Positions 47,811-56,869 of a DNA stretch of 64,000 nucleotides are shown here, piece by piece. Source of the DNA: Corallococcus exiguus (GTDB taxonomy: Bacteria > Myxococcota > Myxococcia > Myxococcales > Myxococcaceae); assembly GCF_009909105.1 (NCBI RefSeq), contig NZ_JAAAPK010000002.1:221827-285826 (forward strand), in the 5' to 3' direction. Below the pieces are notes generated by a model, which made no database searches, was not told the DNA's origin, and was given only the letters and a program-made list of their open reading frames with translations. Position numbers and translations under genes: made by a program. Position 1 is the first letter of the stretch. Each line of letters starts with the position of its first letter.

Positions 47811-49769
47811 GTGATTCGCGAGATCCTCAGCGGACTGCTATGGCAGGGCCGGGTGGCCTTGCGCAGCGGCGACGTGCGCGTCTTCGCCGCGCATGGCTAC
47901 GTGGATGAAGGCTACCGGCCTTCGCGCGTGCCATTCCTCTCCGTTGTCGGCCCGCTGGGCTTGTTCCCCGAACCCGAGCGAGAGAACGGCCGCACGGGCG
48001 TCGCCACCTTCCGTGTGCCGGGCCACCTTGTCGGCAGGCCTCGCGCTTCCGCGGACAGCGTGCCGCCCAATGGCTCGCTCAAGCTGCGCCTGGATGGCCG
48101 CGCCACCGTCACCCTCACGGGGTTGCCGGGCGGCTCGTTTGCTTCCACCGCGACGGGCCCCGCGCTCGCTGACGCCATCAACGCGCGGCTGGCGGATGCG
48201 CTCACCGGTGGACTCTTCCAGGAGCCCACGGGCGCGCCGCTCACGGACCCGTTGCTGCTGGAGGCGCTCGCTGGCGTCATCGCGCGCTGGGACGTGGAGG
48301 GGAGCCGGCTCGCGATCAGCTCCGACGCGGGCATCCCCTCCATGGAGTTCCGCTCCAGCGTGGAGGTGCTGCCCGTCGCTGGTGGCATCGAGGGCCCTCT
48401 GGGCCTGGAGCCTCCGGAGCGCTCTCAAGAGGGCAGGGTGTTCCTCAGCAAGATCCGCGCGCCCAAGGCCATGGCCATCGACGTGCAGGTGGACCTGTGG
48501 GCGGGCTCGCAGGTGGACCTGGCGTCCATCATGGACACGGTGGCGCTCTCCATCCCCACGCGCGGGCAGCTGGTGCTGCGCCCGTCGCTGCTGGCCGAGG
48601 ACGTGCCCGAAGGCGCCACGACGGTCCGCCTGCTGACGCGCGGTGAGCCCACCACGGCTCTGTCCCTGGTGCACCTGGAGGCCAGCGACCAGAACCTGGA
48701 GCGCGCGCGCGGCGGACGCGTGGACCTGACGCCCGGCGCGTCCTTCCTTCCCACCGCCGAGGGCCTGCGCCTGTCCGGCACCGGCACCGCCTCCGTCCTC
48801 GTCTACCCGATGCCCGCCGTGCCCGACCCCTTCCACGCCGACAATCCGGCCCCGGACGGGCTGGCGCTGTCGGTGGGGCTGCGCGTCGCCGCTGGCGCCG
48901 TGGCCGCGCAGTCGCTGCCGGTGGCCGTGCTGATGGCGCAGGGGCAGCCCGTGCTGCGGCTCATCGTCCGCTACGAGCAGGTGGACACCCGGCTCATGGG
49001 CGAGGTGGTGGCCACCGCGACGCTGGCGCAGGCCACCGGGACGCAGGTCGCGGAGACGCGCTGGCGGCTTCCGGTGGAGCGGCTGGAGGCCGGCGTGGTG
49101 CTGCACGCGCGGCTGGAGGCGGGGGAGGGCGTGGTGTGGCTGTCGGCGGACGGGGTGCCGCAGCCGCTCCAGGATGCGGAGGCCACGCCCGCGCCGCCCG
49201 TCGCCGCGCCGGGCGTCACCGTCGCCGCGAGCGACATGGTGCTCACGCTGGGGGCGCAGACGGGCACTCCGCTGGACTTCACGGTGGACCACGTGCACCT
49301 GGTGGCGGAGCCCGTGGGGCCGTTGGATCCGGCGCTGCGCCGCTCCGTCACGGCGGCCTCGCGCCTCAAGCCCGGTGACGTGGTGGTGCTGGGCTCGAGC
49401 GACGACGGCTACCGCGTGGGCAAGCAGCGCTTCCAGGCGCTGGTGCTGGGGCTGGATGGCGACCGCGTGACGCTCAGCCGTCCCGTGGAGGGCGCCTGGG
49501 CCCGGGGCCGCACGCTTGTGTTCCAGGAGGAGTGCTTCTTCTTCCAGACGCAGCTGCGCCGCCGCGACGACCTCTTGAACCACCTGTACCGCTGCTGCGT
49601 GGACTACCGGGTCTCCGCGCTGATGGACGAGCCGAACGCGCGCAGCACCGCCCGCCTCGTCGAGACGCCGCGGGTGGACCTCATCGCGCGCGGTGCTGCG
49701 CGAGGCGCCAGCGGCCATCCGGGAACATCTGTCACCGAAGTCGATACCGCCAGGCGCGGGACCATCTGA
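47811..49769 (+). CDS. hypothetical protein (652 aa) immediately upstream of eCIS sheath gene
   Basis: GTG start after GGAGGG; ends 16 nt before the sheath gene RBS, so probably co-transcribed. No motif recognised. AT-rich tract (47633-47660) lies upstream. Confidence 0.5.
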   Translation: MIREILSGLLWQGRVALRSGDVRVFAAHGYVDEGYRPSRVPFLSVVGPLGLFPEPERENGRTGVATFRVPGHLVGRPRASADSVPPNGSLKLRLDGRATVTLTGLPGGSFASTATGPALADAINARLADALTGGLFQEPTGAPLTDPLLLEALAGVIARWDVEGSRLAISSDAGIPSMEFRSSVEVLPVAGGIEGPLGLEPPERSQEGRVFLSKIRAPKAMAIDVQVDLWAGSQVDLASIMDTVALSIPTRGQLVLRPSLLAEDVPEGATTVRLLTRGEPTTALSLVHLEASDQNLERARGGRVDLTPGASFLPTAEGLRLSGTGTASVLVYPMPAVPDPFHADNPAPDGLALSVGLRVAAGAVAAQSLPVAVLMAQGQPVLRLIVRYEQVDTRLMGEVVATATLAQATGTQVAETRWRLPVERLEAGVVLHARLEAGEGVVWLSADGVPQPLQDAEATPAPPVAAPGVTVAASDMVLTLGAQTGTPLDFTVDHVHLVAEPVGPLDPALRRSVTAASRLKPGDVVVLGSSDDGYRVGKQRFQALVLGLDGDRVTLSRPVEGAWARGRTLVFQEECFFFQTQLRRRDDLLNHLYRCCVDYRVSALMDEPNARSTARLVETPRVDLIARGAARGASGHPGTSVTEVDTARRGTI

Positions 49770-49785
49770 AACCAGGAGGATGAAC

Positions 49786-52107
49786 GTGGCTGAGCGACTG
49801 CATCCGGGCGTCTATGTCGAGGAAATCAGTGCCGGTGCGCGCCCCATCGAAGGGGTGGGCACGTCCACGGCGGCGTTCGTCGGACGCACGGCGCGAGGCA
49901 TCCCGGCCCTGGCCTCGTTCGTCACCGGCTTCGCCGAGTACGAGCGGGCCTTTGGCGGACACGAGCCCGGGGAGGCGGGCCTCGTCGCGCAGGCGGTGGA
50001 GGCCTTCTTCGATTCGGGCGGGCGGCGCGCCTACGTCGTGCGCGTGCTGCCCTCCGACGCGGTGGGCGGCGTGTCCACGCCCCTGGTCGCCAGAGCGGGC
50101 GGCAGCCTCAACGCCCTCACGTTCCTGGCGCGGGGCGCGGGCGAGTGGTCCGACTACTTGCGCGTCAACGTGAGCGACTCCCTCAACTTCCCCAGCGAGG
50201 CGTTCCGCGTGGAGGTGATGTGGACGGAGGCCGGGGCCACGCGCCGCCTGGAGACGTTCGAGGACGTGCGCATGGACCCGTCCAGCGAGGACTATGTCGG
50301 CGACCGCATCAACGACATCTCCCGCTACCTCCGCGTGCGCGACGAGTTCCAGGTGGCGCTCGCCGCGAGGGCACCCGGCGCGGTGCTCGTCCCGGGCGTG
50401 CCTCCCCGGCTCAAGGCCGCCGTGCTGGCCAGCACGAAGTACAGCCTCTATGACGGCGGCAAGCTCCAGGTCTCCGCCTGGGACGAGGCCCAGCCGGACC
50501 TGCCCCGCACGACGCTGGACGTCTCCATCACCCAGGCCCTGGTGGTGGCCGCCGTGCCGGCCGCCGCGTTCGTCAACGGCCGAGCGCAGCTGACCGCCAC
50601 GGAGCTCAAGGCCTTCCTCACCCAGGCCGTTACCGCGGCGGGTCTCACCAACACCTTCGTCATCGGAGGCACGGACTCGCCGGAGATTTCGCTGAAGGTG
50701 GCCACCGGGCCCACGCTCACCATCCCCAAGCCCACGGGCGCGACGTACGACCTGGACCCGGAGGACGCGAAGGTCACCGTGGGCTCGCCGAGCGGCACCA
50801 CGGTGGTGCCCATCCCCATCCTGGCGGTGGACAAGGGCGCGGTGACGCCCGCGGAGTTGAACCACTCGCTGAGCGTGGCGCTGGTCGGCAAGGTCGCGTC
50901 GGTGGTGACGGATGCGCAGGGCAACACCGTCATCACGGGCCTGGCCACGGCGGCGGGCACCTCCACGCTGTCGCTCTCCGCCACCGGCTTCACCGGCACC
51001 GCCGCCGCCGGCACGGCGGGCACGAGCGCGGAGTCCTTCGACGGGCTCCAGCTCTCCATCAGCGAAACGCTCCAGCCCACGGTGCCTACCATGCTCCGGC
51101 AACTGGGCTTCGCGCCGCGCGCACGTGGTTACTCGGATGATTCGCCCGCGAACCCGGTGGTGCGGCCGTCTTCTGTGACGAACCTGCGCCTCCTGGGCGG
51201 CGACGACGGCGCGGGCCTCCTGGACACGTCCGACTTCGCGGGCGACGCGAAGCTGCGCACGGGCTTGCACGCGCTGGACACGGAGGACGTCAACATCGTG
51301 GCGCTGCCCGGCAAGAACGAGGTGTCGTTCATCGCCGCGGGCGTCGCGTACTGCGACAACCGGGGCGACTGCTTCTTCCTCGCGGACGGCCCCGGCGGCG
51401 TGGACAAGGACTTCGCGGTGGTGCCGGACGACGCGAAGCAGTTCGTGGAGGGGTTGCCCTCGCGCTCGAAGAACTCGGCCATGTTCTACCCGTGGATCCG
51501 CGTGGCGGACCCCGTGGGCGTGGGCCGCAATCCCACGCGGCTGGTGCCTCCGTCCGGCCACGTGGCGGGCCTCTTCGCGCGCACGGACACCACACGCGGC
51601 GTGTGGAAGGCGCCCGCGGGCATCGAGGCTTCTCTCGCCAATGCGCTGGGCCTCCAGTACCCCGTCATCGACGCGGAGCAGGATCTGCTCAACCCGGCGA
51701 GCCTCAACTGCCTGCGCCAGTTCCCCGGCGTGGGACTCGTGTCGTGGGGCTCGCGCACGCTGGGGCCGGAACCCGAGTGGCGTTACATCCCGGTGCGCCG
51801 CACCGCGCTCTTCCTCAAGGAGTCGCTGAGGCGCGGCCTGATGTGGGCGGTGTTCGAGCCCAACGACGAAGAGCTCTGGGGCCGCATCCGCGTCGCCATC
51901 GAGTCGTTCATGCTGGGGCTGTTCCGGCAGGGCGCGTTCCAGGGCAGCACGCCGGAAGAGGCCTTCAGCGTCGTCTGCGACCGGAGCACCAACCCGCAGG
52001 AGAACGTGGACGCGGGCATCGTCACCGCGCAGGTGGCGTTCGCGCCGCTGAAGCCCGCGGAGTTCGTGGTCATCGAAATCAGCCAGAAGAGCCTGCTGGC
52101 GGCCTGA
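49786..52107 (+). CDS. phage-tail-like contractile sheath protein (eCIS/PLTS sheath, Afp2/Pvc2-like), long form
   Basis: N-terminus AERLHPGVYVEEISAG (sheath PGVYVEE motif). Conserved C-terminal sheath domain ...GLVSWGSRTL...IPVRRTALFLKESLRRGLMWAVFEPNDEELWGRIRVAIESFMLGLFRQGAFQG.... AGGAGG RBS. Start could be ATG 49780 or GTG 49786. Confidence 0.85.
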   Translation: MAERLHPGVYVEEISAGARPIEGVGTSTAAFVGRTARGIPALASFVTGFAEYERAFGGHEPGEAGLVAQAVEAFFDSGGRRAYVVRVLPSDAVGGVSTPLVARAGGSLNALTFLARGAGEWSDYLRVNVSDSLNFPSEAFRVEVMWTEAGATRRLETFEDVRMDPSSEDYVGDRINDISRYLRVRDEFQVALAARAPGAVLVPGVPPRLKAAVLASTKYSLYDGGKLQVSAWDEAQPDLPRTTLDVSITQALVVAAVPAAAFVNGRAQLTATELKAFLTQAVTAAGLTNTFVIGGTDSPEISLKVATGPTLTIPKPTGATYDLDPEDAKVTVGSPSGTTVVPIPILAVDKGAVTPAELNHSLSVALVGKVASVVTDAQGNTVITGLATAAGTSTLSLSATGFTGTAAAGTAGTSAESFDGLQLSISETLQPTVPTMLRQLGFAPRARGYSDDSPANPVVRPSSVTNLRLLGGDDGAGLLDTSDFAGDAKLRTGLHALDTEDVNIVALPGKNEVSFIAAGVAYCDNRGDCFFLADGPGGVDKDFAVVPDDAKQFVEGLPSRSKNSAMFYPWIRVADPVGVGRNPTRLVPPSGHVAGLFARTDTTRGVWKAPAGIEASLANALGLQYPVIDAEQDLLNPASLNCLRQFPGVGLVSWGSRTLGPEPEWRYIPVRRTALFLKESLRRGLMWAVFEPNDEELWGRIRVAIESFMLGLFRQGAFQGSTPEEAFSVVCDRSTNPQENVDAGIVTAQVAFAPLKPAEFVVIEISQKSLLAA

Positions 52108-52670
52108 TGCCCACGCCCGTCCCCGCCAACGCCCGCAACCCGCTGCGGACCTTCCAGTTCCGGCTCCGGATGAGCACGTCCGCGGCCGGCGACTACGTGG
52201 CGGGAGTGCGCACCGTGTCCGGCCTGTCCGTCAGCGTGGGCGCCTATGAGACGTGGGAGGGCGGCAACAACCTGCACCGCTACGCGCAGCCCCACAAGGT
52301 GAACTGGGAGCCGCTCGTGCTGGAGCAGGGGCTGGCGCTGGACGACACGCTGGAGCGCTGGGCGCGCGCGGTGCTGGAGTTCGCACGCACCGGCAAGGCG
52401 CCCGGCGAGCCGGTGAAGCGCGACCTCTTCATCGACGTGTGGGACGCCTACGCGCACCCCACGGCCGTGCCGCCGCCCGGAGGCATGGAGGCGCGCATCC
52501 GCAGCTTCCACGTGCACAACGCGTGGGTGAGCAAGCTCCACGCCCTGCCCAAGCTGGACGCCATGGCGGGCGAGGTGGCGCTCCTGACGCTGGAGCTCAC
52601 CCACGAGGGCTGGGAGCCGGTGCCCCGGCCCGTGCTGTCCATGCCCGCGACGAGCCTCCCGACGCCCTGA
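52107..52670 (+). CDS. phage-tail tube protein (T4 gp19-like; eCIS inner tube, Afp1/5-like)
   Basis: 187 aa, ATGA-coupled to sheath. NPLRTFQFRLRM...GVRTVSGLSVSVGAYETWEGGNN...EPLVLEQGL matches the gp19 tube family pattern. Confidence 0.8.
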   Translation: MPTPVPANARNPLRTFQFRLRMSTSAAGDYVAGVRTVSGLSVSVGAYETWEGGNNLHRYAQPHKVNWEPLVLEQGLALDDTLERWARAVLEFARTGKAPGEPVKRDLFIDVWDAYAHPTAVPPPGGMEARIRSFHVHNAWVSKLHALPKLDAMAGEVALLTLELTHEGWEPVPRPVLSMPATSLPTP

Positions 52671-52694
52671 CGTCCCCATTCGAGGAGTGAAGCC

Positions 52695-53186
52695 ATGCCC
52701 CGATTCGTCGAATCCACGAAGCGCGACCCGTACCGCAACTTCAACTTCCGCGTGCTCTTCAACAACATCGAGGTGGCCGCGTGCCGGAAGATTTCCGGCA
52801 TCACCGGCACCGTGGAGGTGGTGAAGTTCCGCTCCGGCAACAGCCCGTCCTCCGTGGACGAGCTGTCCCCGGGCCGGGTGCACTACGAGCCCCTCACACT
52901 GGAGGCGGGCCTCACCCAGGACACGACGTTCCGGGACTGGGCCACCCAGCTCATCCGGCACGAAGCCACGCCCGGATTCCGCTCGGCGGAGCCGGACTTC
53001 CGGCGCACCGTGGAGATTCTCGTCTTCGACCTGGACTTCAACCGCGCGGTGAAGAAGTTCGTGCTGCGCAACGCGTGGGTCTCGAAGTTCACCGCGATGT
53101 CGGAGCTGGCCGCGGAGGCGAACGAGATCCTCATCGAGTCCCTGGAGGTCCAGCACGAGGGCTTCACGCTGGAGCCGGTGGTCTGA
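52695..53186 (+). CDS. phage-tail tube protein, second paralog (gp19-like)
   Basis: 163 aa. DPYRNFNFRVLFNNIEVAACRKISGITGTVEVVKFRSGN...EPLTLEAGL is the same fold signature as the preceding gene. Confidence 0.8.
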   Translation: MPRFVESTKRDPYRNFNFRVLFNNIEVAACRKISGITGTVEVVKFRSGNSPSSVDELSPGRVHYEPLTLEAGLTQDTTFRDWATQLIRHEATPGFRSAEPDFRRTVEILVFDLDFNRAVKKFVLRNAWVSKFTAMSELAAEANEILIESLEVQHEGFTLEPVV

Positions 53187-53187
53187 C

Positions 53188-54063
53188 GTGCTCCTGGAAC
53201 CTCCCATCCCGGTGCTGCTGCCGCACGGCCTCTTCGACGAGGACGGCCGCTGCCACCGCCAGGGCGAGCTGCGCCCGCTCACCGGCCGCGAGGAGTGGGC
53301 GCTGGCCCAGGCCGGCGAGCGTCCCGGCCCGCGCGCGGTGAGCGGGTGGCTGGCGGCGTGTCTGGGACGGTTGGGGGATTACTCGCGCGTGGACGAGGAG
53401 CTGGCGGCCTGCCTCACGCGCGGAGACCGGCACCACCTGGCGCTGCACCTGCGGGCCCGGATGTACGGGGACCGGGCGACGCTGGTGGCGCGCTGCCCCG
53501 CGCCTGGATGCGAGGCGATGGCGGACGTGGACGTGCGGCTCTCCGCGCTCTCTCCGGAGCGGGTGGACGCGGCGCCGGAGGTGCTCATTGTGGCGCTGCC
53601 AGAGGGACGGGCGGAGGTGCGCGAGCCCACGGGCGAGGACGACGCGCTGCTCGCGGAAGTGCAGGGCACGCGGGAGGAGCGGTCCGCGCTCCTGTGGTCG
53701 CGGCTGGTGGTGGTGGATGGGCAGACGCTGACGCCTTCCGCGTGGCTGGCCCTGCCCGCGCGCTCACGGCACGCGGTGGCGCTGGCGTTGGCGGACGGCA
53801 CGAGCGCGCCGGATCTGGGGCTCCTGGCGCGCTGTCCGAAGTGCGCCGCGTGGTTGGAGCTGGAGCTGGATCCGTTCGCACTGCTGGCTCGCGAGCTGCG
53901 GGGTGGGGCGGCGCGATTGGAGACGGAGGTGCACGTGCTGGCCTTCCACTACCACTGGTCGGAGGCGGACATCCTGGCCCTGCCGCGGGCCCGGCGGTGG
54001 CGCTACCTGGAGCTGCTTCGCAACGAGCTGGAAGGCCGTCCGCTGGTGGATGGCTGGAGCTGA
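53188..54063 (+). CDS. hypothetical eCIS-associated protein (291 aa)
   Basis: GTG start 2 nt after tube gene stop. Cys pairs (CPAPGCEAM...CPKCAAW) suggest a zinc-ribbon-like element. No family assigned. Confidence 0.45.
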   Translation: MLLEPPIPVLLPHGLFDEDGRCHRQGELRPLTGREEWALAQAGERPGPRAVSGWLAACLGRLGDYSRVDEELAACLTRGDRHHLALHLRARMYGDRATLVARCPAPGCEAMADVDVRLSALSPERVDAAPEVLIVALPEGRAEVREPTGEDDALLAEVQGTREERSALLWSRLVVVDGQTLTPSAWLALPARSRHAVALALADGTSAPDLGLLARCPKCAAWLELELDPFALLARELRGGAARLETEVHVLAFHYHWSEADILALPRARRWRYLELLRNELEGRPLVDGWS

Positions 54064-54081
54064 CGAGAGGACGCGCACGCC

Positions 54082-54294
54082 ATGGCCCCACCCCCGGTGC
54101 AAGGACAGGTCGGACTCACCCGCCGCGAGCTGGAGCGTGAGCTCGCGTGGATGCTGCGCAGCGTGCCGGACAACCCCAAGGAGTTCGTGAAGCTGTTCAC
54201 CCAGACGGTGGTGGCGCTGATGGACAAGAACAACGAAGCCATTGCCCGGAGCCTCGCCCAGCGCGAGCCGCCCGGCGCCCGGGGCAACGGATGA
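54082..54294 (+). CDS. small hypothetical protein (70 aa), eCIS locus
   Basis: Short ORF, ATGA-coupled to the next gene. Helical, acidic/basic mix. Possibly an assembly factor. Low confidence. Confidence 0.3.
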   Translation: MAPPPVQGQVGLTRRELERELAWMLRSVPDNPKEFVKLFTQTVVALMDKNNEAIARSLAQREPPGARGNG

Positions 54295-55019
54295 CGCGCA
54301 ACCTGGACCCGACGCTCATCGCGTTCGATCAGCAGCTCCAGAAGGGCATGCTGGTGACGCTGCCGCCGTCGTCCGCCGACCCGAAGGCCGAGTCGGGCGT
54401 GATCGCGCTGCGCTTCCAGTACAACCCGGAGACGGTGACGCGCACGCGCGCGGGCCAGTGGGAGACGAAGCCCGGCAAGACGCCCGAGCAGACCAAGATT
54501 CTCACCGACGGTCAGCGCGGCGGCGGCCTGCACGCCAAGAGCGAGACCATTGCCCTGAAGCTCGTCTTCGACGTGACGGAGGCGCTGCTGCGCGACACGA
54601 AGGGGGAGGGCATCCAGGGCGTGCTGCCGGAGCTGGCCATGCTGGAGGGCATGGCGCTGGGCAAGGACCAGACGGGGGACGAGGAGAAGAAGCCCGCGAC
54701 GAAGCTCGTCTCGCTCAACCCCACGGAGCTGCTCTTGATGCTGGGGCCGCGCACCTTCCCGGTGGTCATCACCGGGATGACCATCGTGGAGCAGCGATTC
54801 GACCCGTCGTTGTTCCCACTGCGCGCGGAGGTGGACCTGCGCATGCGCATCCTGGAGGTGGGGGAGAACGCGGCGAACAGCAAGGTGGAGCAGGCGTTCG
54901 CGAATCTGCGCGACCAGCGCCTGCGGATGGAGGACCTGGCGGCGGTGAAGGGCGCGGACGCGAGCACCCTCATCGCGCAGGCCCTGGCGCCGCAGGTGAA
55001 GCTCAACGGGGCGAGCTGA
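54291..55019 (+). CDS. hypothetical eCIS protein (242 aa), possible tube-like/tube-initiator component
   Basis: Start MTRNLDPTLIAFDQ. IALRFQYNPETVTRTR...LKLVFDVTEAL is reminiscent of tube-family beta-sandwich signatures. Position between tube genes and LysM/gpD matches Afp5/6/7-type components. Confidence 0.4.
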   Translation: MTRNLDPTLIAFDQQLQKGMLVTLPPSSADPKAESGVIALRFQYNPETVTRTRAGQWETKPGKTPEQTKILTDGQRGGGLHAKSETIALKLVFDVTEALLRDTKGEGIQGVLPELAMLEGMALGKDQTGDEEKKPATKLVSLNPTELLLMLGPRTFPVVITGMTIVEQRFDPSLFPLRAEVDLRMRILEVGENAANSKVEQAFANLRDQRLRMEDLAAVKGADASTLIAQALAPQVKLNGAS

Positions 55020-55029
55020 AGAGACGGCC

Positions 55030-55308
55030 ATGAGCGACCCTTCCTCGCGACACAAGGACCTGCCGACGTACGCGGTGCCGCTGGGGCCGGAGGGCGCCAC
55101 GGTGTCGCTGTACGTGCCCCGCGTGGCGCCGAGCGTGCCCACGTCCCTGTTGCACAAGGTGGTGGCGGGGGACCGGTTGGACCTGCTCGCGCAGCGCTAC
55201 TTCAGCGACCCGTATCAGGCGTGGCGCATCGTGGACGCCAACCCCACCTTCGAGCCCGAGGCGCTCCTGGAGCCGGGAACGGTGCTGTTCATCCCGGAGA
55301 AGCCCTGA
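55030..55308 (+). CDS. LysM-like small protein (eCIS baseplate-proximal component)
   Basis: 92 aa. HKVVAGDRLDLLAQRYFSDPYQAWRIVDANP...EPGTVLFIP resembles a LysM fold. ATGA-coupled to the gpD-like gene. Confidence 0.5.
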   Translation: MSDPSSRHKDLPTYAVPLGPEGATVSLYVPRVAPSVPTSLLHKVVAGDRLDLLAQRYFSDPYQAWRIVDANPTFEPEALLEPGTVLFIPEKP

Positions 55309-56495
55309 TGGCGGATCAGCGCGCGGCGTTCCTCCAGCTGTGGATCGACGGGCAGCCCATGACGGACGCCCGCGGCAGGGTGTCGCGTCTGGAGGTGGAC
55401 GAGCGCACCGACGACGCGTCCTCCTTCCACCTGTCCCTGGACATGGCGCCCACGAACTCGGGGGACTGGGACGCGCTGGCGGACGGGCGCTTCGCGCTGC
55501 TCAAGCGCGTCACCATCAGCTTCGGGCTGGGCGCTCCGGACAGCGAGGCGCCGGACGTGCAGGACGTGGTGTTCGACGGGTACATCACCGCGGTGGAGCC
55601 GTACTTCGGCCCCTCCCGCATGCCGGACTCGTCGCTGGAGGTGTACGGGCTGGACGCGTCGTGCCTGATGCACCTGGAGGAGCGCACGCGCTCGTTCAGC
55701 GGGCTGTCCGACGCGGGCATCGTGCGGCAGCTGTACGGTGAATACGGCTTCGCGCTGGACGTGCAGGAGACTGCGCCCGTGCGCGACCCGGCGCGGGCGG
55801 TGGTGCTCCAGCGCGGCACGGATGCGTCGCTCCTCCGGTGGCTCGCGCGACGCAACGGCTTCGAGGTCTTCGTGGAGCGCAAGCAGGGGCCGGTGGGCGC
55901 GGGCGCCAACGCGGCGCCGGAGAGCGTGGGCCATTTCCACCTGCCCCGGCCGGACGGAGCGAAGCAGCCGGACCTGTCGCTCATTCCTCGCTCCACGCCG
56001 ACCGTCATCGAGCTCAAGGCGCGCTGGGAGAGTCACCGCCCCACGGAGCTGCATGGCGAGCACATCGACGAGCGTACGCGGCGGATCCGCTCCGCCACGG
56101 TGACGGCGCCGCGCTTCCCGCGCATGGGACCCACGAGCCGCGCGGACATCCTGAAGGCGCGCATGGCGGCGGTGCTGCCGAAGCGGCCCCAGACGAAGGC
56201 GGTGGGCCTGCAGTACGTGGACGTGCCGCACGACGTGCCGGAGGTGGAGAACCTGGCGTGGTCGGACTACCGCGAGGCGGACTGGCTCGCGGAGGCGAAC
56301 GGCACGGTGCAGGGCCTGCGCTACGAGCGCATCCTCCGCGCGCGGCGCCCGGTGGGGCTCGTGGGGGCGGGCAAGCTGATGGATGGCACCTGGTACGTGC
56401 GCGGCGCGCGGCACCGCTGGGTGTGGGCGGAGGCGCTGGCCCGCTACGAAGTGGACGTGGACCTGGCGCGCGACGCGCTCAACGGGGTGGCGTGA
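55308..56495 (+). CDS. phage late-control gpD-like (gp27-like) baseplate hub protein
   Basis: 395 aa. MADQRAAFLQLWIDGQP...VDERTDDASSFHLSLD... is typical of Phage_GPD family hubs. ATGA overlap at both ends. Confidence 0.7.
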   Translation: MADQRAAFLQLWIDGQPMTDARGRVSRLEVDERTDDASSFHLSLDMAPTNSGDWDALADGRFALLKRVTISFGLGAPDSEAPDVQDVVFDGYITAVEPYFGPSRMPDSSLEVYGLDASCLMHLEERTRSFSGLSDAGIVRQLYGEYGFALDVQETAPVRDPARAVVLQRGTDASLLRWLARRNGFEVFVERKQGPVGAGANAAPESVGHFHLPRPDGAKQPDLSLIPRSTPTVIELKARWESHRPTELHGEHIDERTRRIRSATVTAPRFPRMGPTSRADILKARMAAVLPKRPQTKAVGLQYVDVPHDVPEVENLAWSDYREADWLAEANGTVQGLRYERILRARRPVGLVGAGKLMDGTWYVRGARHRWVWAEALARYEVDVDLARDALNGVA

Positions 56496-56869
56496 TGGGG
56501 CGCGGCCTGAACTTCCCCTTCCAGCTGGGAGACCTGGGCACGCCGCGCACGGTGGGGCCCTCGCAGGTCATCCGCCAGCAGTTGGAGCAGCTGCTCTTCA
56601 CGCTGCCCGGGGAGCGGGTGAACCGGCCGCGCTTCGGGTGCGGCGTGCAGCGGATGGTGTTCGGCGCCGCGAGTCCGGAGGCCGCCGCCACGGCCGAGTA
56701 CATCATCCGCCTCAATGTGCAGGAGTTCATGCGCGACCAGGTGCGCCTGGACGCGGTGAAGGTGAGCGCCGAGGACGCGACGCTCTACGTGGACATCCTC
56801 TACACGCTGCTGGCGACGGGCGAGGAACACGCGGAGTTGTTCCGCCGGGACCTGGAGGCGCCGCCGTGA
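56495..56869 (+). CDS. gp25/GPW-like baseplate wedge protein
   Basis: 124 aa. MGRGLNFPFQLGDLG...QQLEQLLFTLPGERVNRPRFGCGV... is the canonical GPW_gp25 start and core. Confidence 0.8.
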   Translation: MGRGLNFPFQLGDLGTPRTVGPSQVIRQQLEQLLFTLPGERVNRPRFGCGVQRMVFGAASPEAAATAEYIIRLNVQEFMRDQVRLDAVKVSAEDATLYVDILYTLLATGEEHAELFRRDLEAPP

